The notes beneath the pieces are model-generated. The model saw only the letters and a list, made by a program, of their open reading frames with translations. It searched no databases and was not told where the DNA came from. Shown here in pieces: positions 55,542 to 64,000 of a stretch of DNA of 64,000 bases (its first letter is position 1; the number at the start of each line of letters is the position of its first letter). The DNA lies in the NCBI GenBank assembly GCA_947084945.1, contig CAMTUP010000009.1:334963-398962 (forward strand), given 5' to 3'. The stretch comes from an uncultured Ignavibacteria bacterium. GTDB lineage: Bacteria; Bacteroidota; Ignavibacteria; Tepidaquicellales; OLB5. The translations under genes and the position numbers were made by a program.

Positions 55542-56612
55542 TTATTTTTGTGATAATTGCTGCTCTACTTTAACCTTGTGCTCTCTGTATAATTTCCGGT
55601 CAAATATCTTTAATGCTTTATCAACTGATTCTAAAGCCTTAGAGTAATCCTTTAAATTATAAAATAGCTTTGATTGTATATAATACGAACTTGCTTCGTT
55701 GACCGAACCTGCAACATATTGCAAGGCTGTTTCAATAAAGCTCAAACCTTTTTTGTAATCTTCCTCGCCAGTGCCTTTATCAGCAAGTCCAACAGCTCTT
55801 TGATTCATGAACTGACCATAGCTTGAATTAACTGATTCATCATTAGGGAATTTGCTTAAAACATCTTTGAACCATTTTTCAGATGAAGGAAGATCGCTTA
55901 ATTCATAAAAATATGTTTCTGAAAGTGAAACATATGCATCTTTAAGTTGGTCGCTTGTGGGGTTAGCCGTTATGAATGCTTCGAGTTTTTTAGCTTTTTC
56001 ATCTTTTTCTGTAAATGATATTAAACGGAATATTGCGTCATCGGTTTTTCCGCCTGCATTTGAACCATCTAATTCAACAATTTTATTAAGCAGTACTTTT
56101 GCTTTATCGCTTTCACTGTACATCGAATATTTATCAGCAAGTTTTAGTGATGCATCTATATTAGACGGATTCTTTTCAACTTCTGCCTTTAAGTATGCAA
56201 AAGTATTAATACCCTTGTTATAATCCTGCATCATTTCCATGAAATCCTTTGCGGGAACGTAACCATAAACTCTATCAACTTCGTTACCGTCGCCATCTAA
56301 AAACAGGATAGACGGAAAACCCTGTATCTTATATTTCTTCGCAAATTCAATCCCTTCACCTTTTTCAGCATCTATCTTGTAATTTATCAGGTTGGCATTA
56401 GCAAAATCAGAAATATCTTTTTTAGCATATACTTTATTATCAAGCTCTATACACCATTTACACCAGTCAGTCATTACATCAACCATAACAAGCTTTTTTT
56501 CAGCTTTAGCCATTGCAAGAATATCAGCAACCGAGCCTTTTTTAAAATCAATTTGTGAATAAGCTATGCTGCTGATAAAAAAAAGGGCAATAAAAAGAAT
56601 TGTTTTTTTCAT
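55542..56612 (-). CDS. Secreted thioredoxin-fold protein with a C-terminal TPR-like domain
   Basis: Signal peptide MKKTILFIALFFISSIAYS, thioredoxin-like WCKWC motif and a helical repeat tail. ATG 56612 is preferred. Confidence 0.7.
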   Translation of the reverse strand: MKKTILFIALFFISSIAYSQIDFKKGSVADILAMAKAEKKLVMVDVMTDWCKWCIELDNKVYAKKDISDFANANLINYKIDAEKGEGIEFAKKYKIQGFPSILFLDGDGNEVDRVYGYVPAKDFMEMMQDYNKGINTFAYLKAEVEKNPSNIDASLKLADKYSMYSESDKAKVLLNKIVELDGSNAGGKTDDAIFRLISFTEKDEKAKKLEAFITANPTSDQLKDAYVSLSETYFYELSDLPSSEKWFKDVLSKFPNDESVNSSYGQFMNQRAVGLADKGTGEEDYKKGLSFIETALQYVAGSVNEASSYYIQSKLFYNLKDYSKALESVDKALKIFDRKLYREHKVKVEQQLSQK

Positions 56613-56616
56613 GTGG

Positions 56617-58314
56617 TTAGTAATTAATTTTCCAGATACTTGATGCAAAATTTGCTAATTTATCTTGTCTTTTTCTTAAATTAATCGGATTCCATTCGTC
56701 AAAAATACAATATTCATTAGTAATAGAATATCTACTTGTTTCGTATATTAGTAATTTTTCTTCATACAATTTATCCCCACAGTCCTTATTTTTATTATCT
56801 TCCAACAGAGTATAATTACCTAATCTATATGTATAAATATCTTGTTCATCAACATTAAAATATTTATTCCAAACATCTGATGCATTTTCTGGTAAAATAT
56901 GTTCAATTGTTATTTTTGTGTCAGAATCATCATACGAATTACCAGAAATCTGTTTTTCTAAGCAAAATAGAATGTATCTTACAAGTTTTCTATACCTTTT
57001 GCTATTGATAATTTTAGTTGAAAATGTACTTTTAAAATTCTCATCTGTAACATAAATTGATTTTAAATCATTGAAAATTTCTCTTGATGTGCTTACTTCA
57101 TGTTTTGCAATTTTTATTGCTGCTTTATTGTAAACATCTTCCATAATGTTTGGATTCAATCCGCCTACTACATTATATCTAAATGAAATAGCAACACAAT
57201 CACGTAATAATTTTGTAAACTCCGAATCACTTAAAACTTCATATGCAGATAATAATAATGGAAAGCATTGAGATACACCAAATAACGACAATGCTTCAAT
57301 ATTCAACCTATCTTCAGGTTTACTCCATATGCTATCATCAGAATTAGATAATGCTACATAAACCGGACTTAATTTTTCTAAATCATCAAGTATTTTGAAA
57401 ACATCATCCCGTGTATTAATTGTTTTCTTAAGTGCTTTATATAAAGTCTGTTTTCTTTCTAAAGTATTGCGTGAGTTCCAATAATGTCTTAAAAAAGTTG
57501 GAAATTCTTGAATACCTAATGTATCATTAATATTATACCATTGTCTTTCCGCTTCTTCAATTTCTGCTTCACTTGTTTTAGCTACAATTGAAAATAATAA
57601 ATTTTTAAGTAGATCTGTTGCAGATAATTTTACACCTCTTGCATTTAATGTTTCAAATACTTTATATGCATTTAGATCATCATTTACAGTAATTGTAGTA
57701 AAAATTAAATTATCGCAAACATATTCGTTTAAGAATTTAGATATTTCTTTACCACTCTTAGTTTTTAAAAATTTATCTTTTACTTTTTCGTAGAAATAAT
57801 TAAATGCATAATGTAATTTTTTTTCTGAAGGCTTTAATTTACTAATATTAGTAGGTTTTCTTAATCTTAATATGAAACTTTTATAAAAGTTGTTATTATT
57901 ATAATTAAGTTCAAGTTTACTAGTTAATATCAATGATGTTGCAGGTTTAAAACCTAAATATTGATTTTGAAGAATATCAATTCGCTGTTTATTATCCTCA
58001 ACATCAATACCTTCATCAATCCAATCACGTATAACTTTAATTACCGCTAGTGCTAAGATACTTAATGTGGCAAATCTTTGTTGACCATCTATAATGTAAA
58101 ATTTTTTGGAATCTATGCTATCAGCTTGTAAAACAATATAACCCATATAATGAACTTTTTCTTCAGCTAATCCTAAAATATCTAACCATAAATCTTCCCA
58201 ATACTCTTCTTCCCAAGAATAATCTCTTTGGTAAGCAGGGACTTTGAAAACACTTCCATTACTTATCAATTGATTAAATGTTGCTGAGCTCGTATTTAGT
58301 CCTGTGTATGCCAT
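56617..58314 (-). CDS. DUF262 + DUF1524 protein (GmrSD-family, putative modification-dependent nuclease)
   Basis: The N-terminal ParB-like domain has FKVPAYQRDYSW and IIDGQQRFATL. The C-terminal His-Me finger region has TIEHILPEN...LGNYTLL. Confidence 0.8.
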   Translation of the reverse strand: MAYTGLNTSSATFNQLISNGSVFKVPAYQRDYSWEEEYWEDLWLDILGLAEEKVHYMGYIVLQADSIDSKKFYIIDGQQRFATLSILALAVIKVIRDWIDEGIDVEDNKQRIDILQNQYLGFKPATSLILTSKLELNYNNNNFYKSFILRLRKPTNISKLKPSEKKLHYAFNYFYEKVKDKFLKTKSGKEISKFLNEYVCDNLIFTTITVNDDLNAYKVFETLNARGVKLSATDLLKNLLFSIVAKTSEAEIEEAERQWYNINDTLGIQEFPTFLRHYWNSRNTLERKQTLYKALKKTINTRDDVFKILDDLEKLSPVYVALSNSDDSIWSKPEDRLNIEALSLFGVSQCFPLLLSAYEVLSDSEFTKLLRDCVAISFRYNVVGGLNPNIMEDVYNKAAIKIAKHEVSTSREIFNDLKSIYVTDENFKSTFSTKIINSKRYRKLVRYILFCLEKQISGNSYDDSDTKITIEHILPENASDVWNKYFNVDEQDIYTYRLGNYTLLEDNKNKDCGDKLYEEKLLIYETSRYSITNEYCIFDEWNPINLRKRQDKLANFASSIWKINY

Positions 58315-58377
58315 TTACTAAGACGAAAATAAGAATTTAAGTTCAAATGTAATATGGTTATATTTATATATATTTAA

Positions 58378-60912
58378 ATGAATAAATACGTTAAAACGTT
58401 TCTTGGTATTTTTATAGTAATAATCCCCGCAATAATTATTCTGGGTTTACTTTTTAATAATCTCTCTAAAAAGTCATTTTATCCTACTTCTGGCGAAATT
58501 GCAGTTTCAGGCTTAAAATCGCAAGTTAAGGTATATTTTGATGATTTCGGTGTTCCGCAAGTTTTTGCACAAAACCAGGATGATGCATATTTTACAGAAG
58601 GTTACATGCATGCACAGGATAGGCTTTGGCAGATGGATCTAAACCGAAGGGTTGCAGAAGGCAGACTATCTGAAATTTTTGGCTCTTCTGTTATTGAATT
58701 CGACAAACTTTTCAGAACTATCGGTATTCACCGCTTTGCATATAACTGGTATAGCGGTATAAGTCCGGAATCAAAAAAGATACTGGAATCATATACAGCC
58801 GGAGTAAATAAGTTTATCGAAATGCATTATAATAACCTGCCTGTGGAGTTTGACGCTTTGAACTATAAGCCTGACCCGTGGAAACCGGAAAACTCTCTCA
58901 TGCTTGCAAGAATGATGGGATGGGATTTAAACATTGCATGGTACACCGATTATATCATGGGAGAAGTCCTAAACAAAACAGGTATCGAAAAAACTTCTCT
59001 AATATTTCCAGATACAAATATTACAATTTATAAAAAACCTTTAGAAGATGAAGTTGATTCAACATCTGAAAAAGATAAAAAAGTAATTGGTCTTCTTGGG
59101 AATGAAAACTCTTCATACTTATCACAGGTTGCATTTTTGGGTAAGGGTTTTTTTGAAATGAACCAAAGTTACAGGAAATATTTCAATAATAATGTCTCGC
59201 ATGTAGGCAGTAATTCATGGGTAGTTTCAGGAAGCCGTTCTTTAATGGGTAAACCACTGCTTGCAAATGACCCTCACCTTGCCCTGCAGACACCATCAAG
59301 GTGGTATGAAATTTATTTAAAGGGCGGCTCGCTTGATGTAAGAGGAATGTCTTTTCCCGGTATACCCGGTATTGTAATTGGCAACAATAAGTTCATAAGC
59401 TGGGGTTTAACCAATTTAATGAATGACGATAATGATTTTGTTATATTAAAGAAAGATTCCGCTGACAGCAAAAAATATATCTACAATAATCAGTCCGTTT
59501 CTATGGATTCAATTGTTGAAAAGATCTTTGTAAAAGATACACTTGAAACTATATACATTGTTCGTACAACAAAAATCGGACCTGTCATTTCAGACCTCAA
59601 AGTAAAAGGATTTGCGGATATGACCGAAAATCCCGATGACCCGTACAAGGATAAACTAATGACATTCCGCTGGACAGGTTTTGAGCAAAGTGATGAAATA
59701 AAATGTTTCTATGGAATAAATACTGCAAAGAACTGGGATGATTTCAAAAATGCATTAAAGGATTTTTGTGTACCTGCACAGAACTTTATCTATGCAGATA
59801 TATATGGGAATATTGGTTACCGCGCAGGGGGTAAAATTCCTATCAGAAAGACCAATGTTTATAACAGCTATATTTTCCCCGGTGAAGATGAACTTAGCTG
59901 GACAGGATTTATTGATTTTGACAAAATGCCCGAAGTATATAATCCGCCCGAAGGATATATAATTACTGCAAATACCGATCCATTTTCATGGATGAAGGAT
60001 AAAAAAGATAAGTATTACATTTCATATCTTTGGGAACCATCATCAAGATATAACAGGATAAAGCAATTTATTGATTCAAAAACCGTTTTTGATCTTGAAG
60101 ATTTTAAATTGCTTCAGAACAGTTATGAATCACCTTACGCCAAAGAGCTAACAAAAAATATACACAATGATATACACGACAATTCCTTTTCAGATGATAA
60201 AGATGTTAATTGGGCAGTTGATAGATTTAAGAACTGGAATGGAGAAATTAATAAGAATGAATCAATTGGAACAGTTTATAATACTTACCTGGTGTTCCTT
60301 GTCAAGAATATCTTTGAAGATGAATTAGGTAAAAATATATTCAATGATTTTATTTCAATACAGAATATCCCTTATAGAGCACTGGAAATACTTATGAAGC
60401 AGCCAAATAACATTTGGTTTGATAATATTAACTCAAAAGCAGTTGAAACAAGAGCTGATATTGTAAAAATAAGTATTACACAAGCAATTGAATTTCTGAA
60501 AACCAAATTTACCAATAAAGACATTAATACGTGGAATTGGGGTTCACTGCATAATGTGAAATTCCGGCATCCAATGGGTTTTGTTGAAACGCTTGATAAA
60601 ACTTTTAACATTGGACCTTTTGAAGTAGGAGGCGACCAGACAAGTGTTAATAATACCGAATACCGCTTCAGCGATGTTATTAATAATGGTAAGTTTGATG
60701 TAGTAGTTGGTGCTTCAATGAGAATGCTGATAAATCTTGACGATATAGAGCATTCTTTGACAATTAATACTACCGGTCAGTCAGGGCAGCCAATAAACAA
60801 ACATTACAGCGACCAGTCAAGAATGTGGAGTTATGGTGACTACAAGAAAAACTCAATGAGTGAAATGGATATGTTAGATAAAAAATTTGAACTTCTTATT
60901 TTAAATCCCTAG
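58378..60912 (+). CDS. Penicillin acylase family Ntn-hydrolase (peptidase S45); possible N-acyl-homoserine-lactone or beta-lactam acylase
   Basis: N-terminal membrane anchor or signal, GYMHAQDRLWQMD and the nucleophile context HVGSNSWVVSG. 844 aa. Confidence 0.85.
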   Translation: MNKYVKTFLGIFIVIIPAIIILGLLFNNLSKKSFYPTSGEIAVSGLKSQVKVYFDDFGVPQVFAQNQDDAYFTEGYMHAQDRLWQMDLNRRVAEGRLSEIFGSSVIEFDKLFRTIGIHRFAYNWYSGISPESKKILESYTAGVNKFIEMHYNNLPVEFDALNYKPDPWKPENSLMLARMMGWDLNIAWYTDYIMGEVLNKTGIEKTSLIFPDTNITIYKKPLEDEVDSTSEKDKKVIGLLGNENSSYLSQVAFLGKGFFEMNQSYRKYFNNNVSHVGSNSWVVSGSRSLMGKPLLANDPHLALQTPSRWYEIYLKGGSLDVRGMSFPGIPGIVIGNNKFISWGLTNLMNDDNDFVILKKDSADSKKYIYNNQSVSMDSIVEKIFVKDTLETIYIVRTTKIGPVISDLKVKGFADMTENPDDPYKDKLMTFRWTGFEQSDEIKCFYGINTAKNWDDFKNALKDFCVPAQNFIYADIYGNIGYRAGGKIPIRKTNVYNSYIFPGEDELSWTGFIDFDKMPEVYNPPEGYIITANTDPFSWMKDKKDKYYISYLWEPSSRYNRIKQFIDSKTVFDLEDFKLLQNSYESPYAKELTKNIHNDIHDNSFSDDKDVNWAVDRFKNWNGEINKNESIGTVYNTYLVFLVKNIFEDELGKNIFNDFISIQNIPYRALEILMKQPNNIWFDNINSKAVETRADIVKISITQAIEFLKTKFTNKDINTWNWGSLHNVKFRHPMGFVETLDKTFNIGPFEVGGDQTSVNNTEYRFSDVINNGKFDVVVGASMRMLINLDDIEHSLTINTTGQSGQPINKHYSDQSRMWSYGDYKKNSMSEMDMLDKKFELLILNP

Positions 60913-60916
60913 AAAA

Positions 60917-61699
60917 TTGTTTGAATTAAACCGAAATAATAACAGACCCAAAAGATCACTAAGTCAGAATTACCTTACAGATGAAAATATCTGCAGGAAT
61001 ATTGTTAAAACTTTTGATATTCAACCCGGAGAACTGGTCTTAGAAATAGGTCCGGGCAAAGGCGCTCTCACAAAGTATCTACTGGAGAAAACTTCTGATC
61101 TTGTGGTTATTGAATTTGATAAAAATAATTGCGAGATACTTAGAGGAAAATTCAACGGCTTAAACATCATTAACCGTGATTTCTTAAAATACAACATGAA
61201 TGAGCTTGCTCGAAATCCTGAACAAAAACTTCGGGTTATTGGCAACATACCATACAATATTACCTCACCAATTATATTCAAGCTTCTTGATAACAGAGCA
61301 ATTGTAAAAGATGCTCAATTAATGATACAGGAAGAAGTTGCAAGAAGGATTACTTCTGACCCTGGCAATAAAGAATATGGCATACCAAGCGTTCTTGTAA
61401 ATGTGTTCTGCTCCTCAAAACTTCTGTTTAAAGTTTCAAGTAATTGTTTCTATCCAAAACCTAAAGTAGATTCCAGAATAATATATTTTGATTTTACTTC
61501 ATCAATTGAACACAAGATTAATGATATTGAATTTTTCAGGAAACTTGTAAAAGCTTCTTTTGGAACTAGGAGAAAAACACTTAGAAACTGCCTGAAAAAT
61601 ATTGAAGTAGATCTTTCAAAATCTGAACTTGACTTTAGCCGCAGGGCAGAAAGCCTTAGTATAGAAGAATTCATAACCCTAAGCAACAAGTTGTGTTAA
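60917..61699 (+). CDS. rsmA: 16S rRNA (adenine1518/1519-N6)-dimethyltransferase
   Basis: SLSQNYL, SAM-binding VLEIGPGKGALT, NIPYNITSPI. TTG start. Confidence 0.9.
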   Translation: MFELNRNNNRPKRSLSQNYLTDENICRNIVKTFDIQPGELVLEIGPGKGALTKYLLEKTSDLVVIEFDKNNCEILRGKFNGLNIINRDFLKYNMNELARNPEQKLRVIGNIPYNITSPIIFKLLDNRAIVKDAQLMIQEEVARRITSDPGNKEYGIPSVLVNVFCSSKLLFKVSSNCFYPKPKVDSRIIYFDFTSSIEHKINDIEFFRKLVKASFGTRRKTLRNCLKNIEVDLSKSELDFSRRAESLSIEEFITLSNKLC

Positions 61700-64000
61700 A
61701 GGAAATCAAAGATAAAATATACGGCACACCTGAATTCAGGATAATTGGAGAAAAAACTGGAAAAAACCTCTTTTTCACAGGTATTAGGGGTTCATTAACA
61801 GGTTTTATATTATCGAAAATATATGACCTGAATAAAAAGGTGGTTTATTGCTCTAATGACCAGAATAAATTATTTAAGCTCAAAGATGACCTGAATTTAA
61901 TTCTTAGTTCAGAAAAAACATCTTTATATCTAGGTGAATTTGACGAAGAATTTGAATCCGATATCACTCCCCTTTCAACAACACTTAAGACAATATCAAC
62001 AGAAGAAAGCTATGTATTACTTACATCACCTGCAGCTCTTGATAAAAATATACTCACAAAAGCTTCTTTTAGAAAAAATATATTATCACTAAATAAAGAT
62101 AACGATTTTGGATTTGATGTACTGATAAAGAAGCTTATTGAATTCAATTTCACAAGAAAGAAAATTGTTGAAGAAGAAAATGATTACGCAGTTCGCGGTG
62201 GAATAATTGATATATATCCTGAAAATTTAAACCAACCGGTTAGAATTGAATTTTTTGGCGATACAGTTGAATCAATACGTGAATTTGATCTTGTAACACA
62301 GCGCTCAATTGCCCGTATTGATTCAGTTGAAATACTTCCATCTGCAGAAGTTTTAAACAATTCCAATAATACAACAGAAAAGCTTATAAATTACATCACA
62401 CAAGATACAATTTTTTTACTTGATGAGCCTGATCTGATAAAAGAAGAATTACATGACATATATTATAAAACAACAAATTACATCAGGTCATTCTTATCAG
62501 GTTTTCCGCTTGTTAAATGTGAAGCATTAAATGAACAGGATAAACTAAACATAACTGAGCTTCATATCGAAACAAAATCTCAGCCTTCATTCAATTCAAA
62601 TACTAAGTTTTTCGCTGAAAATTTAACTGAACTTTCAGCTTTCGGTTATTCTGTTTATATTTCATGTACAGATGATTACCAGCTAAAACGTACCCGTGAA
62701 CTTGTTGATGACCACCTAGAAGAAGAACTTTACAATATAAAATATATTGATGGTTCTATGCATGAAGGCTTCATTCTGCCCTCAGCCAAAACAGCAGTTT
62801 ATACAGAACATCAGGTTTTCAGCAGGTATTTCCGTCCTGCAAAAAGAAAAAGGAAATTCGATGGAATTACTTTTAAGGAACTGAACACTGTTAATTACGG
62901 TGATTTCATGGTGCATCAGAATTTTGGAATAGGGAAATATGCAGGGTTAAAAAAAATAGTAACCGGTGGAGTTGAACAGGAAGCCGTTAAGCTTTTATAT
63001 AAAGATAACGATGTGGTATTCGTTAATCTTAACTCACTGCAACTGATTAAGAAATTTTCGGCGGCAGAAGGTGTTACCCCAAAATTAAACAAACTTGGCG
63101 GCAATGAATGGGAAAGAATAAAGCAGAAAACCAAGAATAAGATTCAGGAAATTGCCCGTGATCTTATTCTGCTGTATTCAAAAAGAAAATCAGAAAAAGG
63201 TTTCCGTTTTTCTTCTGATTCTATCTGGCAAAAAGAACTTGAAGCGAGCTTTATTTATGAAGATACCCCTGATCAAGCCTCTGCAACCGAAGCTGTTAAA
63301 AAAGATATGGAATCTGTAAACCCTATGGATAGACTTGTTTGCGGTGATGTTGGTTTTGGCAAGACAGAAGTTGCAGTACGCGCAGCATTTAAGGCTGTAG
63401 TAGATAATAAACAGGTTGCTGTTTTAGTGCCAACAACAATTCTTGCTGAACAGCATTACAATACATTTAAGGATAGACTTACCACCTGGGCAACTGAAGT
63501 TGATCACCTTTCAAGGTTCAAAAATAAAAAAGAACAAAAAGAAATTTTACATAAGCTTGAAGAAGGCAAAATTAATATCATTATAGGTACTCACAGGCTG
63601 CTTTCAAAGGATATTAAGTTCAAAGATCTTGGATTGCTGATTATTGATGAGGAGCAACGGTTTGGAGTAAAAGCTAAAGAAAAACTGAAATTCCTAAAGG
63701 AAAATGTTGATGTATTAACGCTTACTGCAACGCCTATTCCAAGAACATTAAACTTTTCACTGCTGGGGGCAAGGGATCTTTCAATAATCAACACACCACC
63801 TAAGAACCGTCAGCCGATACATACTGAAATTATTAACTTTGATAAAAAGGTTATTGCAAATGCCATAGCACGTGAGCTTCAACGTGGGGGACAGGTTTAC
63901 TTTGTAAATGATAAAATTTCAAAACTAGATGAACTTGCTGATATTATTGAAGAAATTGTTCCATATGCAAAAGTTGCTGTTGCACACGGACAAATATCAC
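61693..64000 (+). CDS. mfd: Transcription-repair coupling factor, N-terminal about 769 codons; 3' end outside window
   Basis: This frame is absent from the ORF track because it has no stop inside the window. It reads DYAVRGGIIDIYPENLNQPVRIEFFGDTVESIREFD, GDFMVHQNFGIGKY, CGDVGFGKTEVA and LLIIDEEQRFGV. GTG 61693 overlaps the rsmA stop. Confidence 0.9.
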   Translation, partial: MLKEIKDKIYGTPEFRIIGEKTGKNLFFTGIRGSLTGFILSKIYDLNKKVVYCSNDQNKLFKLKDDLNLILSSEKTSLYLGEFDEEFESDITPLSTTLKTISTEESYVLLTSPAALDKNILTKASFRKNILSLNKDNDFGFDVLIKKLIEFNFTRKKIVEEENDYAVRGGIIDIYPENLNQPVRIEFFGDTVESIREFDLVTQRSIARIDSVEILPSAEVLNNSNNTTEKLINYITQDTIFLLDEPDLIKEELHDIYYKTTNYIRSFLSGFPLVKCEALNEQDKLNITELHIETKSQPSFNSNTKFFAENLTELSAFGYSVYISCTDDYQLKRTRELVDDHLEEELYNIKYIDGSMHEGFILPSAKTAVYTEHQVFSRYFRPAKRKRKFDGITFKELNTVNYGDFMVHQNFGIGKYAGLKKIVTGGVEQEAVKLLYKDNDVVFVNLNSLQLIKKFSAAEGVTPKLNKLGGNEWERIKQKTKNKIQEIARDLILLYSKRKSEKGFRFSSDSIWQKELEASFIYEDTPDQASATEAVKKDMESVNPMDRLVCGDVGFGKTEVAVRAAFKAVVDNKQVAVLVPTTILAEQHYNTFKDRLTTWATEVDHLSRFKNKKEQKEILHKLEEGKINIIIGTHRLLSKDIKFKDLGLLIIDEEQRFGVKAKEKLKFLKENVDVLTLTATPIPRTLNFSLLGARDLSIINTPPKNRQPIHTEIINFDKKVIANAIARELQRGGQVYFVNDKISKLDELADIIEEIVPYAKVAVAHGQIS

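Overview
This 64 kb window is low-GC, densely coded bacterial chromosome. It most likely comes from an FCB-superphylum organism (Ignavibacteria/Bacteroidota-like): two large secreted proteins end in the T9SS C-terminal sorting domain (NYPNPFNP...), and many genes lack Shine-Dalgarno sequences or start with TTG. Most genes are housekeeping: trxB, priA, rnr, tamB, split hldA/hldC, aspS, ahcY, tRNA-Thr(CGU), ppk1, pepP, pntAA/AB/B, gatA, tatA, purS/purQ, rsmA and mfd. I found no rRNA, CRISPR array, transposase, integrase or prophage.

Accessory or unusual content:
1. An operon pairing a prokaryotic pentameric ligand-gated ion channel homologue with a Tat-exported flavin amine oxidase. It sits directly downstream of a decayed copy of an FMN-reductase gene, and that copy's 44-nt upstream element is still identical to the one at the intact gene 18 kb away.
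2. A macro-domain gene, an antitoxin and a MazF/PemK toxin, translationally coupled and wedged between aspS and ahcY.
3. A VapBC-like pair whose PIN toxin carries an in-frame TGA.
4. An orphan Avd-like four-helix-bundle ORF bracketed by imperfect inverted repeats next to tRNA-Thr.
5. A solitary GmrSD-like DUF262/DUF1524 nuclease at the head of a housekeeping operon.
6. A roughly 1524-codon T9SS BNR/beta-helix protein split by a 1-nt frameshift inside a BNR motif.
7. Several families of short GC-enriched periodic or hairpin elements immediately 3' of genes.

All product calls rest on motifs read by eye from the translations. No database search was run.
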